Source: Tubiluchus corallicola (lineage: Eukaryota; Animalia; Priapulida). Taken from it: a stretch of DNA of 64,000 nucleotides. The notes beneath the pieces were generated by a model. That model was not told the DNA's origin. It worked only from the letters and a program-made list of their open reading frames with translations, and ran no database searches. Positions 13,461-26,678 of this stretch are shown in pieces. Within the stretch, counting starts at the first letter, position 1; each line of letters opens with the position of its first letter. The translations under genes were made by a program, and so were the position numbers. The stretch is taken from positions 62,001-126,000 of the forward strand of contig JAQGDQ010000264.1 in assembly GCA_030141605.1 (NCBI GenBank), given 5' to 3'.

Positions 13461-15134
13461 GTAGGGTTACGTTTGACATGAGGCAAGCCGAACCATAATA
13501 ATTCTCCGGCAATTCATTCAAGCCGCAAAGAGAAGATATAAGGTCGAATTTAACAAATTTAACACAACGCCTTTATGCTTAGTATTAGTGAATCATTAAA
13601 GGTTATCAAAAATAAATTTAGTATGAAAAACTGCTGATAATATTCAATGATTTTTCCAAAATTAAGACCGAGCGCGCGCGAGCATAGAGGCACATTCTCG
13701 GGTTTCGCGTTTATGTTATAACATTATGTTCTTTTGCAAAAACATGAATTTTTATATTATATTCTTCGTACGATCCTCTGATTAACTTTCTTCATTATTT
13801 CATTCATTTATTCATTCATTTATTCACTCACTTATTTATTCATTCATTCACATGCTCATTCATTCATTCGTTCATTCATTCATTCATTCATATAATTAAA
13901 CATATTTATTCAGTATTGGGCAGTTTATATCATTACTTAATTGTGCATATTTATTGTTTATCGATTTATGTTAATCATTTTTATTTATTTATTCACTTAT
14001 TTTTTTATCGAACAAACAAGTTGATCCTGTGATGCCTAAAACAACATGGTGTTAAAAAGGGAAAATTATCTTTTCGTTTTTTTTCCTAATTTAATGTGAC
14101 CCTAATTTATATTAACACACTTTATTATTAAGCCAAAACTAAATTTAAACAAAATTATTACGAAATTATGACACATGTATGTCAGAATTTTTACAGGGGC
14201 CTTGATGTTTGGGTGGGGCGGACTTGCAAATGCACGAAATGTGTAAAAGCTAAAAAGTGAACATTCTTGAATTCATCCTAGCTAATTTGTACTGCAGCTA
14301 AATAGATTAAGTTTTTACATGAACAGACAATAACATAAACTTTAAAAACAAGTATGACCATTTCTGTGAAGAAGAAATGTGTGAAAATTTGATTTAATCA
14401 TTCAGATGACCAAGATACTGACACAACTGAGAATTAGTAAAAATATATGTATTTGACCATCATGTTTTGCAAACGATAATGTTTTGCTGAACTTCAGTGA
14501 TGTAAAATTACTTGCTGTAGACCTAACATGTAAGGACCAAATATTTTTAAAGCATGAAAAAACATTAATAATAAAACAGGTCATATACGGCTAAAGTAGG
14601 TCATTTTTATACATAATAGCCAGTATTTGCAAACATCCCTAATTTGGATATGATATCTAAGATACAAGTATTCATGAAATTAATACAAGGGTTAATAATA
14701 CTGTAAAAGTCTTGGCCATGAATCAACAACTCCAACATACATTTTCTGAAATGCCAGGTGCGTGCCACTTGCCAAAAACACAAGTACGTCTTTCTAAGAG
14801 GGGTGGTCAACAGAAATGAATTTTAAGCGTACACAAAAAATTGCCCCTAAACTATCTAGTTGTAATCGCAGTTTGGTGCGCCATAGCAACTAACCTAAAA
14901 TTGTACTAATAAGTGCTTTTAATTATTTTTTCTGAATCTAGTTACTTCAGTGAAAGTTAAAAACAGGAGGCTCACGTGGGTATAGCAAAATTTGGAATTT
15001 GCTCATTCAAGATATATTTTATAAGATTATAGACATCATTTACCTACGAAAATAATCAAAATGATTATAAATGTGTAAAGCTACGTTTAACTTAAGGTAC
15101 GTGTGTTGGCCTACAGTTTACTGTATTTTTTTAG

Positions 15135-15272
15135 GATATGGAATATTTCATCCAAACGTCAGGTTCGAACGGTGTCGTCATATTCAATATGGGTACAACT
15201 GTCAGTTACAAAGCGGCACCAGAACGCATCATGGATATTTTCCTTCGCGTGTTCAGTTCTATTCCTGCAAAG
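15135..15272 (+). CDS. UGT exon 2
   Basis: tttttttag acceptor, GT donor. Encodes DMEYFIQTSGSNGVVIFNMGT...FSSIPAK. Confidence 0.9.
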
Positions 15273-15583
15273 GTAAAATATATAATTGTAATTTTTTGCA
15301 GTTCTGTATTCATCAAGCCGAGATCCAACATTATTAACAGAATACAAGAAAACCCAAATCGTAATCAAGATATCACCTAAAAGTCATTACTAAAATATGC
15401 TGTGAAGGCAAAATCTGTGACTCAGTGATTTTTCTGATCAATGCGTCTGATGAAAAAAAAAGTACAAAATGTCACAAATTACTCCTGCAGTACATGCGCG
15501 CAGAGCCTCGATTTTTTGTTTATCGAGCTCACCAATCTACCATCTACAATCCTCAACAATTAATAAATTCATGCTGTGTGCAG

Positions 15584-15674
15584 GTAATTTGGAAATACGA
15601 TGGGGCTGTCCTACCCAACGTGTCATCCAACATTAAACTTGTGAAATGGCTACCAAGTCAGCAAGATCTTTTGG
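15584..15674 (+). CDS. UGT exon 3
   Basis: tgtgcag acceptor, GTAAGT donor. VIWKYDG...NIKLVKWLPSQQDLL is the start of the UGT signature. Confidence 0.9.
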
Positions 15675-15718
15675 GTAAGTTTTTATAGAACTTTTGATGA
15701 TCCTTTTCTAGACTCAGC

Positions 15719-15763
15719 CAAGGACCTCTATAACTAAAGTACCTCTAGTTATAGAGGTCCCTG
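15719..15763. mobile_element. 45-bp palindromic mini-MITE with 7-bp TSD
   Basis: caaggacctctataacta / tagttatagaggtccctg form a 17/18 inverted match, flanked by the direct repeat actcagc (15712-18, 15764-70). Confidence 0.7.
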
Positions 15764-16877
15764 ACTCAGCATATTGTTCGAAAGTTTGTATCAATTAATC
15801 GTGGCTTTACAGCATAGTAACGTTTAAACGTGGACTAAGTTTAAGTTAATTTATCTTTGTATAAATAAATTCATAATAATTGTGTAGTTGAACGCTGTAC
15901 AGAAAATATATAAAACTAATACTAAAATTACGATTTAAAATGACTTGAATAAATGGGGGAGGAGGTAAGGAAGCTGTTAAGACGGCTCTGGGGCCTTCAA
16001 TTATTATAGGTCGGCAGTTTAACATTATACGTACCAAGCTTATGTGAAACTAAAGCATTCATTTATTTGTTTGTGGGTTTTTTTGTTTATTTATGTATTT
16101 GTCTATTTGTCTGTTCATTTACCTATTTGTCCATTTGTCTGTTCACTTATTTATTTATTTATTATAATAATTTTAATTTCAGCTCTTTATCCATAGACAA
16201 TATTTTCGCATGCAATTTAATATACTTTTGTGCAGAGAATTTATAAATTTGCATCTATGCTACTAGAAATCATGATGTACCTTAAAGAATTTTAAACTAT
16301 ATCCCAAAACACTTTCGATACAAAATTATATACTTACCTAACATTGTACTTACATGTTTGAAAGACTTGTGTAATTGGAAAAAGAATTTCAATAATTAAA
16401 AATATTCGTGGCACCTGGTAAAACGCCACTTGCATCGCCATCCCAGCCGACACCAGTGATTCATCAAAAACATATTATTAATCTTATGAACAAGATAAAT
16501 GAATTTATCTTTTGCTTTGTTAGTGAAAAGTGCGCTACGAATACTTTTCAAACATTATGCAATGTTATCTGAACTTGCTTCATACGAGTTAAAATTGCTG
16601 CACCAACCTGTCAAATCAAGAGATTAAATTTACAAGTTTTATACAGCGTGACTGCTAACGCAAGCCCTGTATGCACAGGACAACATATTAATGATCAATG
16701 AAAAATTTCAAGACTCATTTTTTAAACTTTGTTTGTGAAGAGTGTTTTCCTGTGCTTTAATTATTTTGCCTTTGAAATGTCAAACTACCCGTCTCGATGC
16801 CGATGAAATGTCAAACTGCACATGGGAAGTGGAAACCTGTTTTTTTTTTCAAACTTTAGTCCCTTTTGAAAAAGTTT

Positions 16878-17087
16878 CGGTTAAAGTTTACAATTCCTCA
16901 CGCGCAGGAAATTAGTTCGTGAAGCGGATTAGGATTAGGATTCGGAGGATTAGAGTTAGGGTTAGGGTGGAGGTTAGGGGTAAGGTTAAGGTTGGGTTAG
17001 AGACTTAGAGTTAGGGTTAGTGTTAAGGCTAGGGCTAGAGTTAGGATTAGGGCATTAAAATTGTGTGGGAATTGTAAACTCCTTCCA
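16878..17087. mobile_element. MITE with an internal degenerate TTAGGG array
   Basis: Inverted repeats gtttacaattcc / ggaattgtaaac enclose ttaggg/ttagga/ttagag units, with aagttt on both flanks. Confidence 0.6.
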
Positions 17088-17185
17088 AAGTTTTAGAACA
17101 TTTTATACTATTAGTAAAATTTTGACCAAACATCGTATAAAATATTTTTGTGAGGTGCTTATTAAAAAATATTTCTTTTTGTTAG

Positions 17186-17284
17186 CTCATCCACAAACAA
17201 AACTGCTAATTTGCCATGGTGGACTTAACAGCATTTTGGAGGCTATCTACCACGGTGTACCTGTTTTAGGAATTCCCATGTTTG
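17186..17284 (+). CDS. UGT exon 4
   Basis: ctttttgttag acceptor, GTAAGC donor. [33 protein letters not shown] is the UGT signature. Confidence 0.92.
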
Positions 17285-17730
17285 GTAAGCACTGCCTGGA
17301 ATAATCGCTTTTCATGTTCATATTTATGTGTGTCATGCCTCCCTGAAAAGCAGAAAAATATCTAGTGAACACACTAAACACGCTAACAAGAGTTATGCTT
17401 GTTAATCTATTATCTTTATCTAATCACATCGATGATTTATTTCAAGAAGGCGGTTTGATGAACACAAAGGGTTTTGAAGAACTGGATATTTCAATACGCT
17501 GTACTTTTATAGAACAAAAATCTCCGCCTATAAGCATATACATGCCATTATACTCACCTCTATACAATACCACAATATTTACCAATATGAAATTATACCA
17601 TTAGGAGTAAGACGGTTCCTGCATTTAGGTTTATAAAGTACAGACCTATGTAATTTTACAACGTTTTGTTATATGTCAATAATCAGATTAATTAACTTAT
17701 TAATTAATAATTTACATTTTTAATAATTAG

Positions 17731-17851
17731 GCGACCAGACTGATAACATGATTAGAGTGGAAGATAAAGGAATGGGAATAATGCTAAAGAAAACGGATTT
17801 ATCAGTAACCAAATTTCGCAATGCCATATTACAAGCGCTTACTGAACAAAA
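17731..17851 (+). CDS. UGT exon 5
   Basis: AG at 17729-30, GTAAGT donor. Encodes GDQTDNMIRVEDKGMGIMLKK...AILQALTEQ. Confidence 0.88.
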
Positions 17852-18995
17852 GTAAGTATAATTGACTTCCATGCCCTTCCGCCGCACTCCACTTCTTTCA
17901 TACCACATATTTCCACAGATTGGAGAGGACCAAGCCACTAACGCAATTTTTAACATCATTTTCGTCCTGGTCATTGGATTTTAAACTTGTGACCCAAGCG
18001 GCAAGCCAGGTTCCAGTGACGGTCTTAAAATGCATAGCATACGGCAAACATTTACCAAATTTTCTGACGCTACGTTTGCCTGCGTCTTGGAAATTGTGAT
18101 TGATTAAAATAAGAATAACTTCCATACAACATCTACACACAAGAATTAGTTGTAGTTTAGTAGTTAAAGAAGAGCACTATTGGGTTAAAACTATAATTTT
18201 ACAAGAACATGTAAATGATAAATAAAAACGCCATTGAGACGATCGCAGCTGCGGACAAAAACCAATCGTTACTCATCTAGATGCGTTCAAAATGCGCGTG
18301 ATTTCAGCATGCTATTCCTGATTCTGAATTCTGGTTCTGATAAGCACAATACACGAAGAGCCTCAAAAGTGACGTAAACTTCTTTTTATGTTAAGTCAGT
18401 TATACACGTCAGTGATGTATAATTAGCAAAACCTTGCCAACTAGCTATTTAAATGGAGCTTAAACTCTAACAGCTGCATTTAAACTTTCAAACTGTGAAA
18501 TCAATGTCAATAGTTAAGGCACAATTAAGATCAATGTAAACGACAAGACTGTACAAACAGTCTACATCAGGCCTCAAATTTCCACCAATACAGACAGTCG
18601 CCTGTTAACTGATAATCACTGTATAAACAAATAAACAACTTTACATACCTTGTCAATAATACAAATAATGACCTTTTTGCTTCCGTCAAATGTCAATGTC
18701 AGGAAGGTTTGTGTCTTGCAAGAAGATGCAGTTATTTGTTAATTAGGTAAAGTTAATTAGGGACCTGCCGCATCCCACACGTTCTGCACGTGCCGTCGTT
18801 CCTTCAAACGGGAAAGCATACACATGCTGTAATATCCAAACATTTGTGTTGTTAGTTTAACCCTCTTGGGTCCAACAATTTTTTATTTTTTATTTGTGAA
18901 GCTTCATTTAAGTTTATTGAACCTTTTCAAGAATTTCGTTAGTTTGGTTTTCTTGCATGTAAGCTTCTAATTTTATTGTTTTGTGGATGTCGTAG

Positions 18996-19302
18996 ATACA
19001 AAGTGAAAGCAAAGAAGTTGTCAAAGATAATGCGAGATCGTCCAAACACAGCATTGGAAAGAGCAGTATTTTGGTCTGAGTATGTACTGCGTAATGGCAG
19101 AGACACCTGGCATCTAAAATCGAAGCCAGCACAAGAACAATCTTTTATACAATACTTTTTGCTCGATGTTTTTGCTGTCCTTGTTACTATATTCTTATTA
19201 GTTTTCACCTGTTGTGGCTTTTTGTTCTATTATATATGGCAGCCACTTATTAAGATAGTGGTTTGGATATCTGGAATACGAATTAAAGTAAAGATATTAT
19301 GA
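18996..19302 (+). CDS. UGT exon 6 (TM helix and KxKxx ER-retrieval motif)
   Basis: YKVKAKKLSKIMRDRP..ALERAVFWSEYVLRNG, QYFLLDV followed by a hydrophobic TM segment, ending KVKIL-TGA. Confidence 0.92.
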
Positions 19303-22300
19303 AATCATTATTATAGCAACTTATCCAGTAATTAGGATAATTCATAATCAACACAGTACTGGTGCCGAGTGGATCTGACTATTACTGCTGCTTACTTTAG
19401 CAAAAGACTGAATGTTTGCGAGCTTATGCCTTGTATTGTAAGATATTGTAAGACTGTAAATACAGATTTACATAATTACACTTATAAATGCTTGACGTAA
19501 AATTATATTTTTGAATTTTTACAATCATTCAACATTCGTGTAACATAGTTATGTATATATAGTTGACTTAGATAATATACGCTAAAATACTAACACCAAT
19601 GAAGTGACAAATTTTACATAATTTATATATATAGACCTGTTAGGTGTTGCTTGATAAGCTTACAGAATTATACAAGGTCAACTAGTTATTATGGAAAAGC
19701 TGCTGTGATGTAAACATATGTAGACCAGTTATACATATAATTATGGTAGTCTCTGTTTAAAAGCATCACTCAACTGTATTAGCTCAAAAAATAACATCCT
19801 TAATCTTTAGTATAATTTTGCTAGGCTATTGAAAATTCTATGTTGAAAAATGAGTGATAATTGTTCTACATTGTTTACACTCTGATTATTCATTGCATCG
19901 AAGCGTTTCCTATCAAAGCAAAATCACGTGTAAATAAATAAATTACATTACTTAAGAACATTATTTCCATTCTTAATCTTTTATTGTCCAGTATCTCAAG
20001 ACCACTGGTAGTATCACGTAGACGTTTGGTAAGTTTTTAAAACTATGGCAGGTTATAAGTTGCCATGACGTGTAGATAATATAGTTTCAAGTGTTAATAG
20101 TTTTTATGCTTCCTTTGAGCTATCTGAATTATTCATAATAAATAAACTGACCGAAAGCACTCGGCAAGCAATAATTCTTCACCAGATTCCGATAACGTGG
20201 AACATAATTATATAATTATGTCGTATTAAGTGTCACATTGACTTATATAATACTGAATAGTAGTAGTATAGTAATAGTACAATATTAATTTGTGCAGGCA
20301 AACAGTATTATATAGGTCACCGTTACGCTTAATACGACATAGTAATCTAATTATGTGCCACATTGTATAAGATAATATAAGTTATAAAAATTAATATTAA
20401 ATTTTAACGACTTATCTTCGTATGTGACCTATTAAGTAAAGTAAAAACTGTAAGTGAAGAATAACACAAATTAGCAAGTGCAGTCAATTTATTTTAAACA
20501 ACATTGTTTAAAATGAGTAAGATGTAGAAAAATTAGGCCTATATCTTACAACGTCGTGTAAAACAAACTGATTGTGCAATGTGTTATTCATGCCTTATTG
20601 ATATTACTTATTATTATCTGCATACGAAGACAAATCATTAAAATTTTATATTTCATAACAAATCTCATTAAAAACTATAACCTACGCTTTGAAATACCTT
20701 ATTGCTAAACAGCCGTGATACATATGTATAACTGTATCAGTATATGTATATGTATTAACAACCACAAAAATAATTCACAAAAGGTTTTTTCACAAAAATA
20801 TTTTTCATGATTAAATATTTGTTAATAGTGACAGAGCTTCATTCTTTTCATAAATGTCTCCTCGTTATTTGCATAAGCCACTCCTACTCACAGATTTTGG
20901 AATTGTTACTTACAGATGTAACAAATTTTCGTACAGGTCTATTACTATTGAGCTGAACAGGTAATGTGCGTTACACTTATTCATAGGCACCAAGCCAACC
21001 AACCTACAGGGAATGTTATGCCAGGAAGCCTTTTTGATGGACAATATCTGAACATTTTAGATTTGTTTAAAACTTTGCCCTCAATGCAGCAATTAAATTA
21101 AATCTGTAGAAGGTTGAACGCTGTTACGATTCAGCTTACATTATGCACGAAATATTTATTGTATAAATTCCAAAAGAACATAAATAAGTTTATATTCTCA
21201 ATAGAACAAAACTAAAACACAAATGTCCAAAAAAAAAATTTTCTCTCTTTCAAGTATGTTTCAGAAGGCTTAAAATGCGCCACACCTCGTAGTTGAGAGG
21301 CCGGAGCAGTTACCTACAGCTTCCGCAGCCTTTGCATCTGCCTTTCTCCTTGGTTACATTTGGACCGCTCCCTCTCAAAAATCCTGGATCCGCCCCTGCG
21401 GACGTCCAGTGACCTGACCTTTTGACAAAGGCTGCGGTTCACACCGTTTTCAAGGTCCTCAGCACGTCTTGTCTGTAAGTTTCATGTTCCAGCCTCTGCG
21501 TTTATGAGTTAACATGAATTAAAGGTGCATGCCCAAATTGTCACAATTACACTACTGTCTCTGGCTCTTAAATAAAGGAAATTTTACCATTGTACGAGTC
21601 CCTAACAAAACTCCCAGGTGTCTACCCACCAAGTTTTGTAACACTATAGTTACTATAGTTTTAGAGTCATTCGTTGTTATGCATTTTGCTCCTATCCTGA
21701 GCTCTTAAAGATTCCAGGTTTTTAAGACGCGTAGATGTCTACATTCGTCATATTAGGTGCCGACATACACTGAGACCCGTCGGAAGTCCTGGCGACTCAG
21801 CTTTGAAGTTTGTCAGATTTCGTCTAGTATAAAAGTGGGGTATTCAATGTTGACTTCATTATTCATGACGCAATGCACCATTATTTTAACACATGCGGTT
21901 ATAATTATTTGATTATGTTTTTCAATTACTTTGCACTTTCATTAAACCTACGTAACTATATATGTATACCTACCTAGATGCCAAATACACAAATATATAT
22001 GTCATTGTATTGCAAATTTTGGAAATAAAGCTATTGCATGCATATTAAGTACAAAAATAAAGACTTGTCACCATCAGTGAAATGCCATTTGTCTATTAAT
22101 GTGTGTATATTCATCAGCTTCATGCCTTATGTTCAAGGAACATTAAATCGCACGTTTCAAGACCACAAAAGAGTTTTATATTCATTATAAAATTCACTAT
22201 TTCACGTATGTTTGTAGTGATACATTATAATCTAGTACGCTTCTCACATAATCATATATTAGTCGCTCATTTGCTTCTTCATTTGTTTGCTCGTTCGCTC

Positions 22301-22916
22301 ATTCGTCGTTTTGATTCATCTATTCACTCATTCGTTCCTTCTTTCGTTCGTTTGTATGTTCACTTCTTCCTTCTTTGCTTCCTTCACTACTTCCGTTCTT
22401 TATTTGTTCGTTCATTTATGCATTTGTCCTGTTGGTTATTTGCTTGTTGGCATTTTTTAAAATGATAATGACTGTTGGTGCTTTTTGGATGACCGACGTG
22501 AGTTTCACAGCGTATATAACACCTAGCTCCTTTCAACCTAACAGTTAAAATTACTCTCTTAAAAGAAAGCTTCAGCTCAGGTCAATGCCATTGTGTTCAT
22601 ATCTGTAAGACTTCTCACAATCATACAATGTTTGTTGGTTAAACATTCTCATAGACAGTATCACTTATTTACTAATACGTTGTGTAACACCAGATACGTG
22701 GCGACAGACAAAGAGATTGAAGGTTGAGTGACCAGGTTGAAGATGCAATATTTGCGTGCTACTCTGGAGCACATTTGCATCATGGCTTTCAAAGGATCAA
22801 GATCTAACATCAGCGACGAAGACACAGCGAAATTACAACTAACTTTATCAAAGGAAGCTCAAAAGGCGTCAGCAAAAAATATATAAGATGCGTTTTATCT
22901 GTCTGTCAATCAATCT

Positions 22917-23290
22917 CGCTTGGCAATCTTGGCGGCTTGGCATTCTTGGCAGCTTGGCGTTCTTGGCATTCTTGTGGGCTTGGCAATCTTGACGGCGTGG
23001 CGTTCTTGGCGACTTGGCATTCTCGGCGGTGTGGTGTTCTTGGCGGCATGGCATTCTAGGCAGCTTGGGATTCTTGGCGGCTTGGCATTCTTGCCGGCTT
23101 GGCATTCTTGGCAGCTTGGCGTTCTTGGCGGCTTAGCGTTCTTGGCAGCTTGGCGTTCTTGGCAGCTTGGCGTTCTTGGCAGCTTGGCGTTCTTAGCATT
23201 CTTGGTGGCTTGGCGTTCTTGGCAGCTTGGCATTCTTGGCGGCGTGGCGTTCCTGGTGGCGTGGGGTCTTGGCGGCGTGGCGTTCTTGGT
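22917..23290. repeat. GC-rich tandem array of 8-9 bp units (ttggcagc / ttggcgttc / ttggcattc)
   Basis: Directly visible periodicity, which produces repetitive spurious ORFs on both strands. Confidence 0.9.
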
Positions 23291-25913
23291 TTAGAGCCTT
23301 GATACGGGACAGCGATGAAGTGATGGGAGTGCCTGTGATGTAAGCCTCATGTAAGAGTTGTAACTGCTTTGTGTGTGTGCCACATGGCATGTTAGCACAG
23401 AAGTTTTCCAACATTTCGTGATGTTCTTACACGGAACACCTACCAACTGCGCAGACAGCTAAGTTTGCCAAATCCAAAAATCCAGACTTTCATACTCTGG
23501 TGCGCAACTGTGTAATAATGTAGGTCAAGAGTTAATGTTCACAGCAACAGAAAAATAGTTAAAGAAAGCAGTGCTTAATACTACTTTCAATTAAAATTTA
23601 ATGATATTTTAGTATGTTGTGTTATTTTTGAAATCTTAGTAACTTTTAGAATTTATCATTGTGACTTCAATCTTTAATCACACTATTATTGATCTTATGT
23701 AGTTTTATTCATAATCACTGTTTAGCAATGATAATTTTAAACACTTAATTTTTCTTAATCGGGTGTGGTTTTACTAGTGCTTAAACTTTTAGTTTTTAGT
23801 ATTTTTGATCTAAAATGTCGGTTTATCAATTTATAGTTTTGCTGCATTTAGTAAATATTTTTAACAGGTTTTTAACTTTTGAATTTTTAATTTTTCAATT
23901 TTTCCTTTGTGAGTTTTATGAATTTTAGCTTTATGACTCTTATTAGGATTATTTTCTGTTACTAATTAACTATCTAAAATTCCTAATCTTAATGCTTAGG
24001 TTTTAAATTAAATTTTTATTTAATTTAACATATATTAATGTGTAATTTTTAATTTTACTTATTTGAAATTGTATGTACTAAACGTGCATGAACCACCACG
24101 GAGAGTATTGTACGTAGGCAATTTTAATTGCAAATCCATGTTAGGAATAAATATCTATTCTATTCTATTATGAATACGTATCATCTGTAACACGTCCATC
24201 CAAATACACATGCTCTAAGCTGAAGAATCATAAGGTTGATTGAAAAGTTGGCAAATACCCTTATTGCATACATAGTTATAGTTATTATAGAGAAATATGC
24301 TTATAAATTTCCAATCTGATACGTAATCATAAGAACTCCACCAAAGTGTGATACAGATTATTGATTTGCTTACTAGTCAAGTTATCAACAATTTTGTATC
24401 GGCATACATTTGTATAGATTTTACCAGTAAAACAGCCTAGCCGATTTTACTTAGAGTAGTACAAATGTCGTACAGATAAACACTGTACAATGCATGTAAA
24501 CATTGTACAACTTAAGAGATTGTTTTATAATAATTATGTTGCCATATTGTTTAGCCCATTACGAGTACAAAAATTAAAATACACAGCTTCCCACCTTATG
24601 CACATTTTGTTGTTTATATGCCAAATGTAACATGCACTTTATATTTCTCGAATATATAAAAGTTTAGCGTTTCTAAAAATCTATTGCACACCATCTGTAA
24701 TGTGTACAAAAATTTATCCTGTGCATGTAGGCGTAGTGTATTACTCCCGTGAGAGGATTTTTCACCAAACTTGGAAATCAAATTTATACAAACAAATTGC
24801 ATTCTGTTATGAACAGTTTACTAAAGATGAATGTTTAGCTAGTATTATGAATAGGTACTGTAAGTACTGCGGGATGGGAAAGCCACACACCTGTCCATCA
24901 ACAAGTGTATAAGGTTGTCGTCCTAGTTCTCGATGTTACCTCACCTACCTCATCTACTGGACAGTGCAAACTTCGTTTACAGTGACTTCACCAATGACTT
25001 GTGTGGCATGCCAAGATAATGGACAGTGAACCATCTCAACGTGGACAGGTTTTTCGGTGCACCTCCCGGGTAAAGGGTAATTAGTGAGTACCTAGTGTAT
25101 TAGAATCTTGATTTGTTTATCTTTAGTTCGGTTTTGCCTCGTATTTATTTTTCCTCCATGTCTGGTAAACAACATTATGTCTAAGAAGTTTTGCAACAAT
25201 TTGAGGGTTTGTTGTTTAAAGTATAACATGATTTAGGTATGCTTTATCTGAAAAACAGCTACCCTTTAGTGATTAAGTATAATCTTGTTGTCTGAGAGAC
25301 TGCCTTTGAAAGTACTTTTAATTTTAAACCAAAAGGGAGTGCAACACTCTGATTGATTTTGAAAATTATCTTTTGATCATCACAAATTTGTTCATTAAAT
25401 TTTGATCGTTTTTCATGCACAAAAATATGTATCTTGAAGTGCGACTTTTTGTGAACGTTTAAGACGTATTTAAATAGTAAAAATATCATGAATAGTTCAC
25501 ACTTTGTTAGCTAAACACAATAACAGCAACTCAAGATCGACACTTAAGATCCCACTCGTGATTCAAACCCACATTTTTTGTCTCAATGTACGCCCCGTAG
25601 AGGTACCTATGTGAAACTGATTCAGTTTCTAAACTACTAACAACTAAACTACTACTCTGTGTACTACTACCTCACCGCTCGGCTAGGAGTACTAGTTTGG
25701 GAATTGTTGAAGTAAATCTGGTTTAAATAAAGAACAGAAAACCAACAAGTAAAGTCCGACGTCACACATTCGTGTTGTCTTTTTGCGGTCTTATTTTTTA
25801 TAATATTACGAGCACCGCTGCAGGCTAAACCTAGCCGTTATCTTCTTTGGTTTAATGGCATAGACCGAAGTAACGATAGTTTCTCAAGCGCCTGAGAGGT
25901 GGCGCCGCAAAAG

Positions 25914-25921
25914 TGACGTCA
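25914..25921. promoter_or_regulatory. Palindromic CRE (TGACGTCA) in a CpG-containing region upstream of ABHD17
   Basis: Exact consensus ~110 nt before the ATG, with a second gacgtca near 25758. Function is inferred. Confidence 0.35.
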
Positions 25922-26028
25922 CAATATTATGTAGCTTTCCTCCGTGTTTCTTTTCTTTTGTAAAGTTATTGTAAAAATTTGCATGTAAATTTGTGTCACA
26001 TAATATACGACATACTATACTAGTCAGA

Positions 26029-26678
26029 ATGAATGGGTTATCGTTAAGTGAGCTTTGCTGTTTATTTTGCTGCCCGCCGTGTCCGACGAAAATTGCAGCA
26101 AAATTAGCTTTTCTTCCGCCGGAACCAACCTACTCTTTACAGCAGTCTGAAGAGATGGGTTCAAAATGTATTCTTCATTTAACAGAAAGAGCGGAGTGGC
26201 AGTATTCTCAAAAAGAACTCGACACTATTGAAGTGTTTATGACACGGACAGGAAAAGGAAATCGTATTGCTTGCATGTTTGTGAGATGTGCGCCAAATGC
26301 GAGATTTACTTTACTGTTTAGTCATGGTAATGCTGTTGATCTTGGCCAAATGAGCAGCTTTTATGTAGGACTCGGTTCAAGAATAAATTGCAATGTTTTT
26401 AGCTATGATTACAGTGGTTATGGCTGTAGTAGTGGTAAGACGTCAGAAAAACGACTTTATTCAGATATCGACGCTGCGTGGCATGCCTTACGAACAAAAT
26501 ATGGCATTAGTCCTGAAAATATTATCCTGTATGGACAAAGTATAGGCACTGTTCCTACAATAGATTTAGCATCAAGGTTTGAAGTTGGAGCTGTGATATT
26601 ACATTCACCTCTAATGTCGGGAATGAGAGTGGCATTTCCTGACACAAAGCGCACATGGTTTTTTGACGCCTTTCCAAG
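26029..26678 (+). CDS. ABHD17: ABHD17 protein depalmitoylase, coding exon 1; full CDS 26029-36141, 3 exons, 288 aa
   Basis: [19 protein letters not shown] palmitoylated Cys cluster, [25 protein letters not shown] and the GQSIG nucleophile elbow. Donor GT at 26679. Confidence 0.96.

Noticed and set aside
21260-21398. hAT-like terminus ggatccgcccctg
   Set aside because: No matching opposite end or TSD was found, so boundaries are unsupported.
22869-23414. Overlapping repetitive ORFs on both strands
   Set aside because: Artefacts of the TTGGC tandem array.
24900-25080. Possible transposase remnant on the minus strand
   Set aside because: The similarity needs several frameshifts and is too weak to call by eye.
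25550-25690. Possible tRNA gene (reverse B-box-like gattcaaaccc)
   Set aside because: No cloverleaf can be folded; at most a decayed SINE fragment.
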